A DNA stretch of 64,000 nucleotides, from NCBI GenBank assembly GCA_043228905.1, contig JBHGNT010000014.1, forward strand, positions 12,896,001-12,960,000, in the 5' to 3' direction. The notes beneath the pieces are model-generated. The model ran no database searches and was not told where the DNA came from. It saw only the letters and a program-made list of their open reading frames with translations. The DNA is from Azolla caroliniana. Taxonomy: Eukaryota; Plantae; Polypodiophyta. The position numbers were made by a program, and so were the translations under genes. Positions 26,621 through 40,581 of this stretch are shown one piece after another; the stretch's first letter is position 1; the number at the start of each line of letters is the position of its first letter.

Positions 26621-27071
26621 TGTCGGACCCTATCCATCTCGTCCTTGGCCGAATCGGACTCTTGCTCGGCCACGTCCTCTTCCTCCGTTCGAATGCGTGT
26701 AGAGCATGTGGCCTTCCGAGGCATTGCTCCTTGTTCGAACATGGTTTTCTTCAACCAACAACATGGATTGAAGATCGAAGAAAGAGGGAGGATTCTCTCG
26801 TGCTAGTACAATGATCCTCATCGCACCAAACAGTGGTGCAAGGCCGCCGAGGCATATTTGCACCATCTCATCATCGTCCACATTGATGCTTATCGAGCTG
26901 AGTGCATCACAGATCTCCTTGATCTTCAAGGTGGAGCTTGTGATGGACATATCCCTTTGTTGGATGTTGTTCAACTCTTGGAAGAGTTGAAGCTTTCTCA
27001 CGGTTGTGTTGGCAGTGAAAATCTTTCGTAAATTCTCCCATGCTTCCTTTGGTGTTTCGGTTTCTCAAATG

Positions 27072-27314
27072 TAGCTGAGCATGTAGTCGTGAACACATGT
27101 CGCCAAGCAACACATTACTCGACTCGCCACTTGCTCCCATGTTGCGTAGTCGGCGTCCTTTGGTTCGGGTCGATTTTCTTGTGCTCCTTCGATAGCCGAG
27201 CATGTAGTCGTGAACACATGTCGCCAGACAATACATTACTCGACTCACCACTTGCTCCCATGTTGCGTAGTCGGCGTCCTTTGGGTCGGGTCGATTTTCT
27301 TGTGCTCCTTCGAT
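27072..27314. repeat. 121-bp tandem duplication inside Copia A gag
   Basis: TAGC(T/C)GAGCATGTAGTCGTGAACACATGTCGCC...TGTGCTCCTTCGA occurs twice. Confidence 0.9.
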
Positions 27315-27346
27315 GTAACTCCAATAACCTTGACCGACAAGGTATT

Positions 27347-30300
27347 TGTTGGGAAACAGGTCCCTCCGGATGGGAAGGGAGAAGAACAGTGCCGACGAAC
27401 AAACTCGGCCGAGGCCGAATCGATATGAACCGGATGGGGAGAACCCGACTTCGGAGAGTCGGATGGTGTAGGCCCGGTATGAACCGGATCAGGAGTACCC
27501 GACTGCGGAGAGCCGGATGGAGCCCATCGAGGCTACATTTGTAAATAGCCGAAAAGTCATATTTAGTATAAATATGACTTAGGGCAAACCTTTTTTAGTG
27601 GTTGTTGGTGAAAGAAGAAATCAAAGCGCGTAACTGTACAGAGAGAGAGGAAGAGAGAGACGAGGTCGTTGCCTCTGTTGTAACCGCCGCCTGTGGCGAA
27701 GATCTGAGAGCACGAGGTCGTTGCCTCAGTGATCTCACTGTTGCATATTTCTGCATAGTGACAGTTTGCAGCTTGTGGGCTGCCGTGGTTTTTCCCCTAT
27801 TTTGGGGTTTTCCACGTATATCTCCTGTGTACTATTTCTCCTCTTTTGTGTCGCGTTTCATTACCTGTTTTTCCTGTGTATGAAAAGAATCTCGGTTGTG
27901 GCCGAGCGTCGGACATAAGGAACGTCGAGTTCTCAACAAGTGGTATCAGAGCGAAATCGACACAGAAAATGGACGAATCGTTTGGCGGCATGTTCAAGCT
28001 CACCGGCTCCAACTATTCAGTGTGGAAGTCGAAGATGAGGGACATGCTCGTGGTTAAAGACCTCTGGTTGCCGGTTCAGTTCGGGGACAAGAGACCGAAC
28101 AAAATCGACGCCGCGATATGGGAGGTGATGCACATGAAGACAACGGCGTACATACGGTGCTTCATCGACATGAGCCTGTACAACAACTTCAATGAAGAGA
28201 GCAAGGCTCATGAGCTCTGGGAGAAGATCGACATGATGTTCCAGAACAAAAATGCTGTCAATCAGGCGTCGGTATTCCGGAAGCTTGTAAGACTCCGGTA
28301 CCAAGATGGCTCCAGCATGGCGGAGCATATGAATGCCTTCCAGGGGCTGATTCACCAGGCAACGTCATTGGAAGTACCTCTTGCCGATGAGGTCCTAGCG
28401 CTACTCTTGCTCAGTTCCCTCCCGGATAGCTGGGAGACGTTGGTTGTTACTTTGGGCAACGCCGGGCCGGAAGGAAAACGGTTATCCCTGGCAAGAGTAA
28501 AGTCAAGCTTGCTAGATGAGGAGGCTCGTCGGAAAGACAAAGATACGAGTTTCGACTCCAAAGCGCTCACCGAATCGGAACGCGGAAGACATAGAAACCG
28601 TAGTCCCCAGAACCGGGAGAAGTCGGGGACACGATCAAAGTCAAGGGGGGGGCCTACTTGCTTCTATTGCGGCAAGCCGGGACACTTCCAAAAGAACTGT
28701 AGGCATTTCCGTAAAGACAAGGAAACCGACGGTACCGATTCGAAGCAAACCCCGAACCGAAACGGTACAGACCGGAACGGTAAAGACCAGAGGGGGCCGG
28801 ACCGGAAGGGAACGGCGGCAATTGCGGCAAGTGAAGAGGAGTTGATGCTCATCACCGAGGAGAGTGAGATAAACCATGCCGGCGATGAGATGACCTGGGT
28901 GGTAGATTCCGGAGCGTCGTTCCATCTTACCCCGGACCGGAAATGCTTCTCATCCTACTCAGCCGGTGATCACGGCTGTGTCCGGATGGGGAATGAAGGA
29001 ACATGCCGAATTGTCGGCATAGGAGACGTGTGGCTGACAACACCAACCGGATGCAAGTTGCTGTTGAAAGATGTCCGACACGTTCCGGAAGTTCGTCTAA
29101 ACCTGATATCAGCCGGTCGGCTAGATGATGAAGGCTACACGGGTAGCATCCGGAACGGTGTCATGAAGTTCAGCAAAGGGAGCCTGATTGTGGCTCGGGC
29201 CCGGAAGGTAAACACACTGTACCTGATGAATGCCCGGTTATGTCCGGAAGAAGTGAACGTGGCTTCCGACACTGCCGGTGAGCTGTGGCACAAGAGGCTA
29301 TGTCACATGAGTGAGAAGGGGATGAAGAGGCTTGGAGACGACAACCTCATTCCAGTGAAGAACGTGCACTTAGAGAAGTGCACTGATTGTCTGGCCAGTA
29401 AGCAGAACTTGACCTCCTTCCGACCAAGGCCACCGATGAGACGTAATGCACCACTGGAGTTGGTGCATACGGATGTTTGTCAAGTAGACACGAAGTCACA
29501 TGCCGGAGCGCAGTACTTCGTGACGTTCATAGATGACCACAGCCGGAAGCTGTGGGCCACACCGCTGAAGACGAAGGATCAGGTGTTATCCGTCTTCAAA
29601 GAGCTCCACGCGAGAGTGGAAAGAGGAACCGGCCGGAAGCTGAAGGCGGTTCGAGCAGATAACGGAGGTGAGTACCGGGGGCAGTTCGAGGAGTACTGCC
29701 GCTCGAAGGGAATCCGGCTCGAATTTACCGTGTCGAAGACGCTGGAGCTAAATGGACTGGCCGAGAGGATGAACCGGACCATAATGGAGAGGGTCCGGAG
29801 TATGCTAGCACATGCAAAACTACCCAAGAAGTTTTGGGCTGAGGCACTGTCGACGGCGACATATGTGATAAACAGATCACCCTCAGTACCCCTGGACGGA
29901 GACACGCCACAGAGAGTATGGACCGGTAAGGAAGTGTCCTACCGGCATCTAAGGGTGTTCGGGTGTCTCGCGTACGTGCATGTAGCAAAGGACCGGAGAG
30001 GAAAGCTAGATCCAAAGACCCGGCCATGCATATTCCTCGATTACGGTGACGATGAGTTCGGCTACCGAGTGTGGGACCCGGTCGACAAGAAGGTATTCCG
30101 GAGTCGAGATATTATCTTCATGGAGGACAAGACGCTCGCCGACTGGGAGTCGGAGAAGAAGATAGTGAACTCCGAGTCGACCGGTAAGGATAGACTCTAC
30201 AATGAGCAGACCCAACAGGCAAGAGACCGGTTAGCACTCGAGGAACCAGACGGTTACGGTGAGGATACCGAACCGGCAGAAGAAGAAGTAGAGGAAGCTG

Positions 30301-32643
30301 AGACCGGAACCGGTCAAGACCCCGAATCGGATTCGGATGTAGAGCAAATGGAGGAACCGATTACCGAAGTCCGAAGACGTAGATATCCTCTCAGAGAGAG
30401 AAGGGCGCCCCAGAGATTTCCGGATGCAGAGCATGTCCTGCTGACCGATGAGGGGGAGCCGGAAAGCTTCGAAGAAGCGAAGGTTGACACCCATAGCCGA
30501 AAATGGTTAAGTGCCACGCAGGATGAGATGGATTCCCTGCATGAGAATCATACGTACGAATTGGTGGAGCTGCTGAAAGGAAAGCGGGCACTCCGAAACA
30601 AGTGGGTATTCAAGTTGAAACTGGGAGATGCCGGCAACCCCCCGAGATACAAAGCCAGGATCGTGGTGAAGGGGTTCCAGCAGAAGAAGGGCGTGGACTT
30701 CGACGAAATATTCGCCCCGGTAGTAAAGATGACCTCCATCCGGACGGTGCTGAGTATAGCAGCAAGCTTGGATCTCGAGGTAGAGCAGTTGGACGTGAAG
30801 ACGGCATTCCTTCACGGCGACCTCGAAGAGGAGATCTACATGCAGCAACCGGAAGGATTTGTGGAGAAAGGGAAGGAGCACCTGGTATGCCGATTGAAGA
30901 AGAGCCTATACGGACTGAAGCAGGCTCCCCGACAATGGTATCGGAAGTTCGACTCCTTCATGACCGATCAAGGGTACCACAAGACGCAGGCCGATCACTG
31001 CGTGTTTGTGAAGAAGTTCGAAGGAGGGGACTTCCTGATACTCCTCCTGTACGTGGATGACATGTTGATCGTCGGACGAGACAAAGGCAAAATACGGATG
31101 CTGAAGAAGGCTCTCAACCGGACCTTCTCAATGAAAGACCTGGGTCCGGCAAGACAGATGTTGGGGATGCACATCATTCGGAACCGGTCAGTGAAGCAAC
31201 TATGGCTGTCACAGGAGAAGTATGTGACAAAGGTGCTTCACCGGTTCAACATGTCAGATGCAAAACCGGTCGGATCGACACTTCCGGCAAACTGCAAGTT
31301 GTCCGGCAAGCAAAGCCCGAAGACAAAAGAAGAGAAGGCAGATATGATGAAGATTCCATATGCCTCTGCCGTCGGGAGCTTGATGTACGCAATGGTTTGT
31401 ACTCGACCGGACATTGGATACGCAGTCGGAGTGGTGAGCCGGTTCATGAGTAATCCCGGCAAGGAGCATTGGAACGCGGTCAAATGGATACTCCGGTATT
31501 TGAAGGGCACTTCAAATATGTGTCTCTGATTCGGCACCGAAAAACCTCAACTAGACAGCTTCACCGATTCGGACATGTCGGCTGATGTGGATACCAGCCG
31601 GTCTACATCCGGGTATGTGATGACATATGCAGGGGGAGCTGTTTCGTGGCAGTCGAGACTGCAGAAGACGGTTGCATTGTCAACCACAGAAGCGGAGTAC
31701 ATGGCGGCTGTGGAAGCCGGCAAGGAGATATTATGGATGAAGGACTTCATCGGGGAGCTCGGTATCCGGCAAGAGGAATACCGACTCTACTGCAACAGTC
31801 AAAGTGCCATCCACCTTGCTAAGAATGCGGCCTACCATTCCCGGACGAAGCATATCCAACGGAAGTATCACTGGATCCGGGAAAGGGTAGATGACCAGGA
31901 GTTCGCATTGGCGAAGATCCACACGGCCGAGAACGGGTCAGATATGCTGACCAAAGTGCTGACACCCGACAAGCTGGACGCGTGCCGGAAGAGGATCGGG
32001 CTGAAAAGACACCCCATGCCGGAGTGAAGGGGGAGTTTGTTGGGAAACAGGTCCCTCCGGATGGGAAGGGAGAAGAACAGTGCCGACGAACAAACTCGGC
32101 CGAGGCCGACAGGCCAAGGCCGAATCGGTATGAACCGGATGGGGAGAACCCGACTTCGGAGAGTCGGATGGTGTAGGCCCGGTATGAACCGGATCAGGAG
32201 TACCCGACTGCGGAGAGCCGGATGGAGCCCATCGAGGCTACATTTGTAAATAGCCGAAAAGTCATATTTAGTATAAATATGACTTAGGGCAAACCTTTTT
32301 TAGTGGTTGTTGGTGAAAGAAGAAATCAGAGCGCGTAACTGTACAGAGAGAGAGGAAGAGAGAGACGAGGTCGTTGCCTCTGTTGTAACCGCCGCCTGTG
32401 GCGAAGATCTGAGAGCACGAGGTCGTTGCCTCAGTGATCTCACTGTTGTATATTTCTGCATAGTGACAGTTTGCAGCTTGTGGGCTGCCGTGGTTTTTCC
32501 CCTATTTTGGGGTTTTCCACGTATATCTCCTGTGTACTATTTCTCCTCTTTTGTGTCGCGTTTCATTACCTGTTTTTCCTGTGTATGAAAAGAATCTCGG
32601 TTGTGGCCGAGCGTCGGACATAAGGAACGTCGAGTTCTCAACA
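27347..32643 (+). mobile_element. Copia element C (Tnt1/Tork-like), full length and recent
   Basis: LTRs 27347-27938 and 32038-32643 differ by about 3 substitutions and one 14-bp indel by eye; perfect TSD GTATT; PBS TGGTATCAGAGC 27941-27952; PPT 32021-32035. Confidence 0.97.
27969..32027 (+). pseudogene. Copia C gag-pol polyprotein with a single premature TGA at 31527-31529
   Basis: CFYCGKPGHFQKNC, WVVDSGASFH, HTDV..RADNGGEY..NGLAERMNR, LDVKTAFL, LYVDDML; RNase H continues in frame; element B has TGG at the stop position. Confidence 0.95.
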
Positions 32644-33713
32644 GTATTGGTGCATCTTGTACTCCCAAGATGTGAAGTTGTTTCGGTCCAACTTCTCGCT
32701 AGGGAGAGCGCTTGTCATAGGCAAGATGCCACATGGAATAGTGGGGGTTGAACGCATGACCTTTTGGTCTTATTGGGCAACCTTACCAATTGAGCTACAT
32801 CCATCTATGCATTATTGTATTGTGTAATACTCAACTTATTTCATTATAGATTGATCACTATAACTTTCAAGAACCTTCAAGAGAATGCATCTTCATGCAC
32901 TCTCTAGAAGTTTCCATGCACTCTCTAGAAGTCTTTTTGCTTTCATGCATACCTCCACATTCTTGTATGAATACTGGGGTGCACAATAATTACAATAAAG
33001 GTGAACAACACTAGCTATGGAAGCATATACAGTTCTTGTTTATTTGTCTATCCTCTCTCTTGCTTGTTCTCTTGTCTATGCTCTCTCTCCCGCTATCTCT
33101 TAATACTGAGCCTCGTCTACTTGTCCTTGACAATCTTGTGATCTTGCTTATGCTCTCGCTTTCTCTTAGTACTTAGCCTCATTCCACCCATTCATGACAG
33201 TTTATTCACCTTCCCATTTTGTAAGCCTCAACATGTCGGATCTTATCGAGAGATTATATCATCTCATGGAAGCCATGTATCAACTTCAACTTGAGAATGA
33301 CAACCTTCGGGAATCGTTACGGAAGCTTCAAATTGGAACACCGATGGAACTCAAAGAACAAAACAACTCTCCTCCCTACATCAACAAATGTTCAACCTAT
33401 AGAGCCTGGCTCCTCGTCTATGCTTTCTCCGACTCCTTCCCATCCCACTACAAGTTTGGAGCCCAATATTAGTTTACCTGACACGTTTGATGGCATGAGG
33501 AAGCACTTTCAAGGGTTCATAAATCAGATCAAGCTTATTATCCAATTACAACCTCAACAGTATGTGGATGATTTTCGTCAAGTTGGTCTCATCAGGACCC
33601 TTCTTTCCGGAGCTGCACAAGCCTGGTTTGCACTATTGGTTGAAACTTCATCACCACTTCTACAAAATTTTCTTGCCTTTCTGGCAGAGTTTGAGGCAAC
33701 ATTTGGGGATACG

Positions 33714-36700
33714 TGTTGGTGACAAGGCCGTCAATGCGGAAGTGCAAGCAACATTCGTGATGAAGAAGAACCTGTGTATGCATGAGCAAGATAGACACAG
33801 AGGGAGAGAGAGGCACAAAGGAAACGTTATATTCCAAATAGCAACTGTTACAAATGACAACCAACCTCCACTAAAGGTTACAAAGTCACTTTATATAGTG
33901 ACTATCCTAGGGCAACTGCCCTTTATGCTATTTACAGAAATAGCCCGAACTTGGGTTGTCCAAAGGGACAGTGTGAATACGGCCATTATACACTCGTATT
34001 CGACACTTCCCCGTAATGGGCGTATTGGTGAAAGCATGCGAATGGAAACACTATTATAGCTATTTAGCTGCTAAAATGACCACAACTAAATAGTTTTTTT
34101 TATAGCTAATTTTTAGTAGGAAGATCTTAAAGATACGTATCATTTATTATGGAGATGGAAATATTACCATTTATGGTCCACCGTTTAGCTAGTCTTTTTC
34201 TGAGATCAAATTCTAATCATCCCTAAATTTGCCAAAATATACAGATTACATGTAGCTTTTTAGATAGCTAATTAGCTATGTCAAGGACATAGCTAATTGT
34301 TCCCATTCCAATGCTTTCACCCGTTAGGGTTTAGGGTATATATACAAGGTTTATCTAAAGAATTATAGCTTTAGCTTTTTAGATAGCTAATTAGCCCTTG
34401 TGTTATCTAAAGAATTACAGGTATATATACAAGGTTTATCGGACAAATCGGTTTTGTCAGAGTCGGCAAGATCCGAAGACAGAAGACCGAATAGGTCGGG
34501 TCGGAAGAGCTAAAGCTAATCCTCAGAGAACCGATGTTGGTGGTCCGAAACCATCCTGTGCTGTGTGTTCGACTTTAACCGGACCGATTTTTCGTTACGC
34601 CCATCTCGTGCCGAAGGGATCGGAAACGACCCACCCAAAGACACTTGGTCATTCCATCTGCGACATTATCGGTTGTGGATATCTTCTCGAGACCAATTTT
34701 CCCTGAAATGACGTAGTGCCGAACGAAGTGATATCGAACGTCGATATGCTTAGAGGCGTTGTGGTGAACCGGATTTTTTGAGAAAGCAATAGCACCCTGA
34801 CTGTCAACTGGAGCCGAGTCGGAGTCGACCTACCAAAACGTGTGCACCAGCCGACCGAGCCATAAAGCTTCTTTTGTTGCGTCGGATGCAGCTACATATT
34901 CTGCTTTGGTCGTTGAGGTGGCTGTGGACTCCTAAAGTTTTGACTTCCATGAGATTGCTCCATTGCCGAATTTGAAACAATATCCGGTTGTTGATTTCCG
35001 ACTGTCCACACAGCCGGCGAAGTCTGAGTCGGTGTAACCGACTACGCCTGAGGTTGAGTTCGGGCCGAAAAGAATGCCGTGGTCTTTTGTGCCAGCTAGA
35101 TATCTGAACACATGCTTGACTGCGTTCCAATGCAATCAGCCAGGGTTGTGCATGAATCTGCTGACGACTCCTACGACGTGAGAAATATCAGGCCGTGTCG
35201 CAACCACCGCGTACATGAGGGAGCCGATTGCCGGTGCATACGGTACCGACTTCATATCTTCCACCTCCAAACCGCATGTCGAACAGTCTCGCTGAGACAT
35301 CCGAAGGTTGACAGGGAGCGGGATCGAAGTAGACTTGGCCGATTGCATGTTGAAGCCTTCTAAGACACGTCTGATGTAGTCGGTTTGAGACAAGAAAAGT
35401 TGTCGTGTATTGCAATACCGACTAATCTTCATACCAAGTATGTGTCTTGCCGGGCTGAGGTCCTTCATGGAAAACTTCAATTGTAGTTGCCGAACGAGGT
35501 CGGCGAGCTCTCCCGCATGCCGACCGGAGAGTAGCATGTCGTCCACGTAGATGATGAGGAAGACGGGAGACCCGTCTTGAGCTGTTTTGGTGAAGAGACA
35601 GTGGTCCTCATCGCTCTTTGAGAAGCCGACCGATTGGATGAAGTCGTCGAACTTCTTGTACCACTATCAGGGTGCCTGTTTTAGGCCGTAGAGACTCTTC
35701 CTGAGTCGGCAGACTAAATGTTCCTGGCCGGATGCCACAAAGCCTTTCGACTACTCCATATAGATTTCCTCCTGTAGGTTACTATGGAGGAATGCCATTT
35801 TTACATCTAGCTGAATCAACTCCAAGTTGTCGGCGGCCACGACGCCGAGCATGAAACGAAGGGTCGTCATTTTCACCACTGGTGAAAAGATTTTGTCGAA
35901 GTCGACGCCATATTCTTGTCGAAATCCCTTCGCAACTAATCTGGCCTTGTACTTTAAGGTGGTTGAGTCGGACGTCTCTTTTAGTTGATAGACCCACTTA
36001 CACGGAAGAGCACGTCGATTCTTCGGTAATTCGACCAAGTTCCAAGTCTTGTTTGCCAGAATGGAGTGCATCTCCGACTCCATCGCCAGATGCCATGTGG
36101 CTGAATCGGTAGATGCCGATGCTTCTTTGTAAGACGTCAGTTCACCGACGTCGGTAAGGAAAATTCCGGGAGAGTACCTCTTCGGAGGTTGCGACAGTCT
36201 CTCGGATCTACGAGGTATGACTGGACTAGTCGCACCGGGTGTCAATGTCAGATGGTCGGGAGCCGAGCCATTCGGCTATGCTGAATCGGTGGATTCGGTG
36301 CAAGAGTTGTTGCTTACCCATGAAACCGATCTCGTGTTGTGGACTGGGCCGTCATGAAGGGTTGGCACTTCAGAAAATATTACCCTTTGGACTTCAATAG
36401 GCCTTTCGGCCGTTTTATGCATAGCCGACTCATTGAACACAACGTCCGAACTTCGGACGATTTGTCTATGCTTGGGGTCCCAGAGTCGGTATCCGATCTC
36501 GCCGTCGGGTCCATACCCAAGAAAAACACATTTCCCTTGACCTTGGTTCGAGTTTCTGGCGGTCTTCTTTCGGTATGAGAGCATACGCCTCGCAATCGAA
36601 GATCCTTTGTTTGTCATAATTCGGCTTACTGCCGGTCCATATTTCCTGAGGTATTTGAAGTCCTAGAGGTCTACTTGGCGACATATTTATTATGTGTACT

Positions 36701-39570
36701 GCCATAAGTAGAGCCTCCGCCCATAAGCCATCCGACAGTCCGGAGTGTTGGAGCATGGATACTACGCGTTTTTGGATCGCCCGATTCATGCGTTCAGCAA
36801 TTCCGTTCTGCTTCGGACTATAGGGTGCCGTATATTCATGTCGAATGCCACGTTCCCGACAGAATTTGACGAATTCTTCAGATTTGAATTCTCCTCCATT
36901 GTCGGTTCAGAGACATTTTAGTTTCCGACTGGTCTGATTTTCGACTATTGCAAGCCATTCGGAGAAGATCGAGAACACCCGATCTTTGGTTCTGATGGGG
37001 TAAGCCCAATCCTTCCGAGTCGAGTCGTCAATAAAACTGACGAAGTACGAAGCACCGTCAGGAGACTGATGTGGCATCGGGCCACAGACGTCTGAGAGGA
37101 CCAAATTGAGGGGACTCAATTCTCTTGGTGCTGATGTCGAGTGTGATGTGGCTACCTGTTTGCCGTACTGGCAATGCTCGCAGAATTAGTGATCCGAGAA
37201 GGAGAGTTTGGGGATGTAACCGGCTTTGGATAGGTGCGTTATGCCGGCCTTGATGAGGTGTCCAAGTTGTCTGTCCCATAACGATGACACGGGGATATCA
37301 ACCAAAAATAACTCACCCTCTTTGAGTGTGACATATAAAGGATACAAAGAATGTACCTTTGGTCCTCGAGCAAGTAGGAGGTTCCCTTTGTGGAGTGTCC
37401 ACCCTCCTGATGAGAATCCAGCACGGATGCCGGCTTCGTCAAGTTGTCCGACTGAGATCAAGGGTCTTGAAAGCTCAGGAACGTGTCAGACATTGTGTAG
37501 TATGAGTGTAGAGCCTCCCGGAAGATTCAGCTCTACGATGCCAATTCCGATTATAGCACAGTGCTGCGAGTTTCCGACTCGAACTGAGTCGGAGTGCCGG
37601 TTCGAGTTTTGCCTAAACGGAGATCGTTGAGGTGTCACATGATACGATGCGCCCGAGTCCAGGAGCCATGTGCTCGATTCCTCAGTCGTAAGCAGAACTT
37701 CTGATTCGACTGGGTTCTCTATGGACAGTATGTTCGGGTTGGTCGTCAAAATTTCGACTGAAGAGTCGACGTAGTTGACGTAATGCCGGCTACTCTTCTG
37801 ATCCGCTCTTTGAGCTTTGTCGGTTTTTTCTTTGAGTGCTCGGTAGTCGGCTTTGATGTGTCCCGGTTTTTTGCAGTAGTTGTAGATTCGGTTGTCCCGG
37901 TACTTGCTTTGGCTTCGCTCATTGTTCGGCAGTCGGGAAGAATTTCTTCCCTGGTTGTTCGATCGGTCGGTTGAACCTTGTACTACGTAAGCTTCATCTA
38001 TTGAGTCTTTGGCGAAAGACTTTCTCTGAGCTGCTTCAGTCAGGATTGCGCTCGTGACTTCGGAGTACTTAACAACAATTGTTGAAGCATTGCACACGGT
38101 TGTAATGAAAGTTTCCCATGAGGAGGGGAGACTACTCATGAGTATCATTGCTCTGAGTTCATCCTCGATTGCCATCCCCTGAGACGAGATTTGGGAGCTT
38201 ATGCTTTCGTACTCGTTGAGGTGTGCCTGAACCGAATCAGATTCTTTCATCCGCAAGTTGTAGAGGCGCCGGATCAGATACATCTTCGTTGCGGCAACCT
38301 TCTTTTCATAAGTTTCTGACAGTATTTTCCAAAGTTCAAACGCTGTCGTGCATGATTACACTGTGAAGTACACTGACTCCGACAAGTGCATTTGAATCAT
38401 GGTGCTGACGATTCTGACTAGCTTTAGCCACTCATTTGCCTTGTATGCTTCAGGAGGATTTTCATTCTCAATCGGGTGTATCTGACCCTTGACTATGAGA
38501 TAGTCCTGCATTTGTTCCTTCCAGAAGTTGAAGTTGGAACCGTCGAACCTCCTTAGACTCATCTCTGATGAGCCGGATGTTGATGCCATCTGCTTCAGTT
38601 TCGGTTGGTAAGACTCGGTTCGGAGTTGACTACGAACCTTAGTGGGGTGCAACCGGTCGGCTCACCCGATATCGTTCTAGTCGGTTTTGAATCCGAGTCG
38701 GTTTGGTTTCGGATACTTGTTGCTGAACCTGCTCGGAGTGACTTCGATAACTTGAGGGACAGAACCAGCTGGTCTTCCCGAATGTTGCCGAGTCGGAGTG
38801 AGCCCGGTTAGCTTCCGATTGTATGCCGAATACCGATTACACGAAACCGATTGTTTAGGCTGATTTTACTTCGGATGACTGCAGGGATGAGAGGGATGGA
38901 TCCAACTGATCCTTCCAAATGTCGATTAGCCGAGTGAAGCACGAAGTGGTTGTTGCCAGGAGACCAATCTGCAGTAGGTGGTTACAGCAAGCGGGTGGAT
39001 AGCGTCCGCTGACCTATTCGGATGTTGTTTAACCGAATGAAGCACGATTGTGTCGGTTGTTGCTCAAGGAGCTCCCCTCAAGCGATTACAATGACAGGAA
39101 CAGAGTACAACCAATTGGCTTACTCCAATTTGTGATTTAACAAAGTGAGATGCGAGCTTTTTGTTTTTCTTCTCCCTTCTTTGTTCTTCAAAGAAAACAA
39201 AAACAGAATGTTGTGTTGTGCGATGACGGCCGGTAGCGGGTTGAAAAACCTCCAACGCTCTGATACCAAATGTTGGGGATAAGGCTGTCAATGCGGAAGA
39301 GCAAGCAACATTCGTGATGAAGAAGAACTTGTGTATGCATGAGCAAGATAGACATAAAGGGAGAGAGAGAGAGAAAGGCACAAAGGAAATGTTATATTCC
39401 AAATAGCAATTGTTACAAATGACAACCAACCTCCACTAAAGGTTACAAAGTCACTTTATATAGTGACTATCCTAGGGCAACTACCCTTTATGCTATTTAC
39501 AGAAATAGCCCGAACTTGGGTTGTCCAAAGGGACAGTGTGAATACGGCCATTATACACTCGTATTCGACA
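33714..39570 (-). mobile_element. Copia element D inserted in the chromovirus gag
   Basis: LTRs 33714-34005 and 39271-39570; perfect TSD ATACG; PBS 39257-39268; broken gag-pol ~34570-38589 (WLLDSGASYH, SDVCGP, LDVKMAFL, YVDDML, YTDSDFAG). Confidence 0.95.
34027..34322. mobile_element. MITE-like AT-rich insert in the Copia D 3' UTR
   Basis: 24-bp inverted repeats GGTGAAAGCATGCGAATGGAAACA / TGTTCCCATTCCAATGCTTTCACC (21/24); TAGCTA-rich interior; no clear TSD. Confidence 0.6.
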
Positions 39571-40581
39571 ATACGGACCGATGCCGAACTGCCATCATCA
39601 AACTCTATTCATTACATCAAGGTGTGCGTTCGGTATCCATTTATGCCTCTGAATTTAGACAATTAGCATGTGATGTTTAGTGGGATGGCCGAGCTCTTTG
39701 CGACCATTTTCGTCGGGGCCTTCGAAGTGAGATTAAAAATTTACTACTCAACTTTCCGGAGCCTACATCATTGTCGCAAGCCATCACACAAGCAGTTAGT
39801 TGTGACAATCAGTTGTTTGAGCTTCGTCAAGAGGAACGAGAAACTTCAAGGTGGCAACCCTCTTCGAGATCTTCTCCATCATCATCGTACGATGAACCCG
39901 TGCCGATGGAAATTGATCGAGCTCGCACCCCGCCACTCACCGAGGGTGAACGGAGGTATCGCCGAACCAACAGACTATGTTTATATTGTGGTTCATCCAC
40001 CCATCTCATTCGTTTTTGCCCAATCAAGAATAATCAACGACAAATATCTACAAACAATACAGCAAGAAGGCCCCGACAATGGGAAAATGACGGTGTCCAA
40101 CTACAGTAGGAGCCATGTGGTTGGACAATCCGCATTCGTGTCGCTCACATAGTTCGGCTACATCAACATAAGATTTCTCCTTTCCAGTAAGCATCCATTT
40201 CAAGTCGATTTCAATTAGATCCTTAACACTTCTAGATTCCGGTGCAACGTGTTTTATGGACGAAAGGTTCATTCGTAAACATAAATTCCCAGTTGTCCGA
40301 TTGTCCAAGCCAATCCCAATGGAAGCTAGCTATGGACGCATGCAATCCAATGAGGACAACAACTGACTCACTACCGTCCAAGTATGAAGACTTCAAGGAC
40401 ATATTTGAGAAAAAGAATGATGATCACTTGCTTGAGCATCGATGCTATGATTGTTCGATCTATCTGCAAGAAGGTGCCAGTCCTCCCTTTGGCCCAATTT
40501 ATGGGTTGTCGGAACTAGAACTCTAGGCACTCTGAACGTATCTCGATGAGAACCTTGAAAAGGGTTTTATTCCATGTGAAC

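Noticed and set aside
32732-32806. Functional tRNA gene
   Set aside because: Anticodon arm does not pair and the sequence lies in LTRs; kept only as tRNA-like
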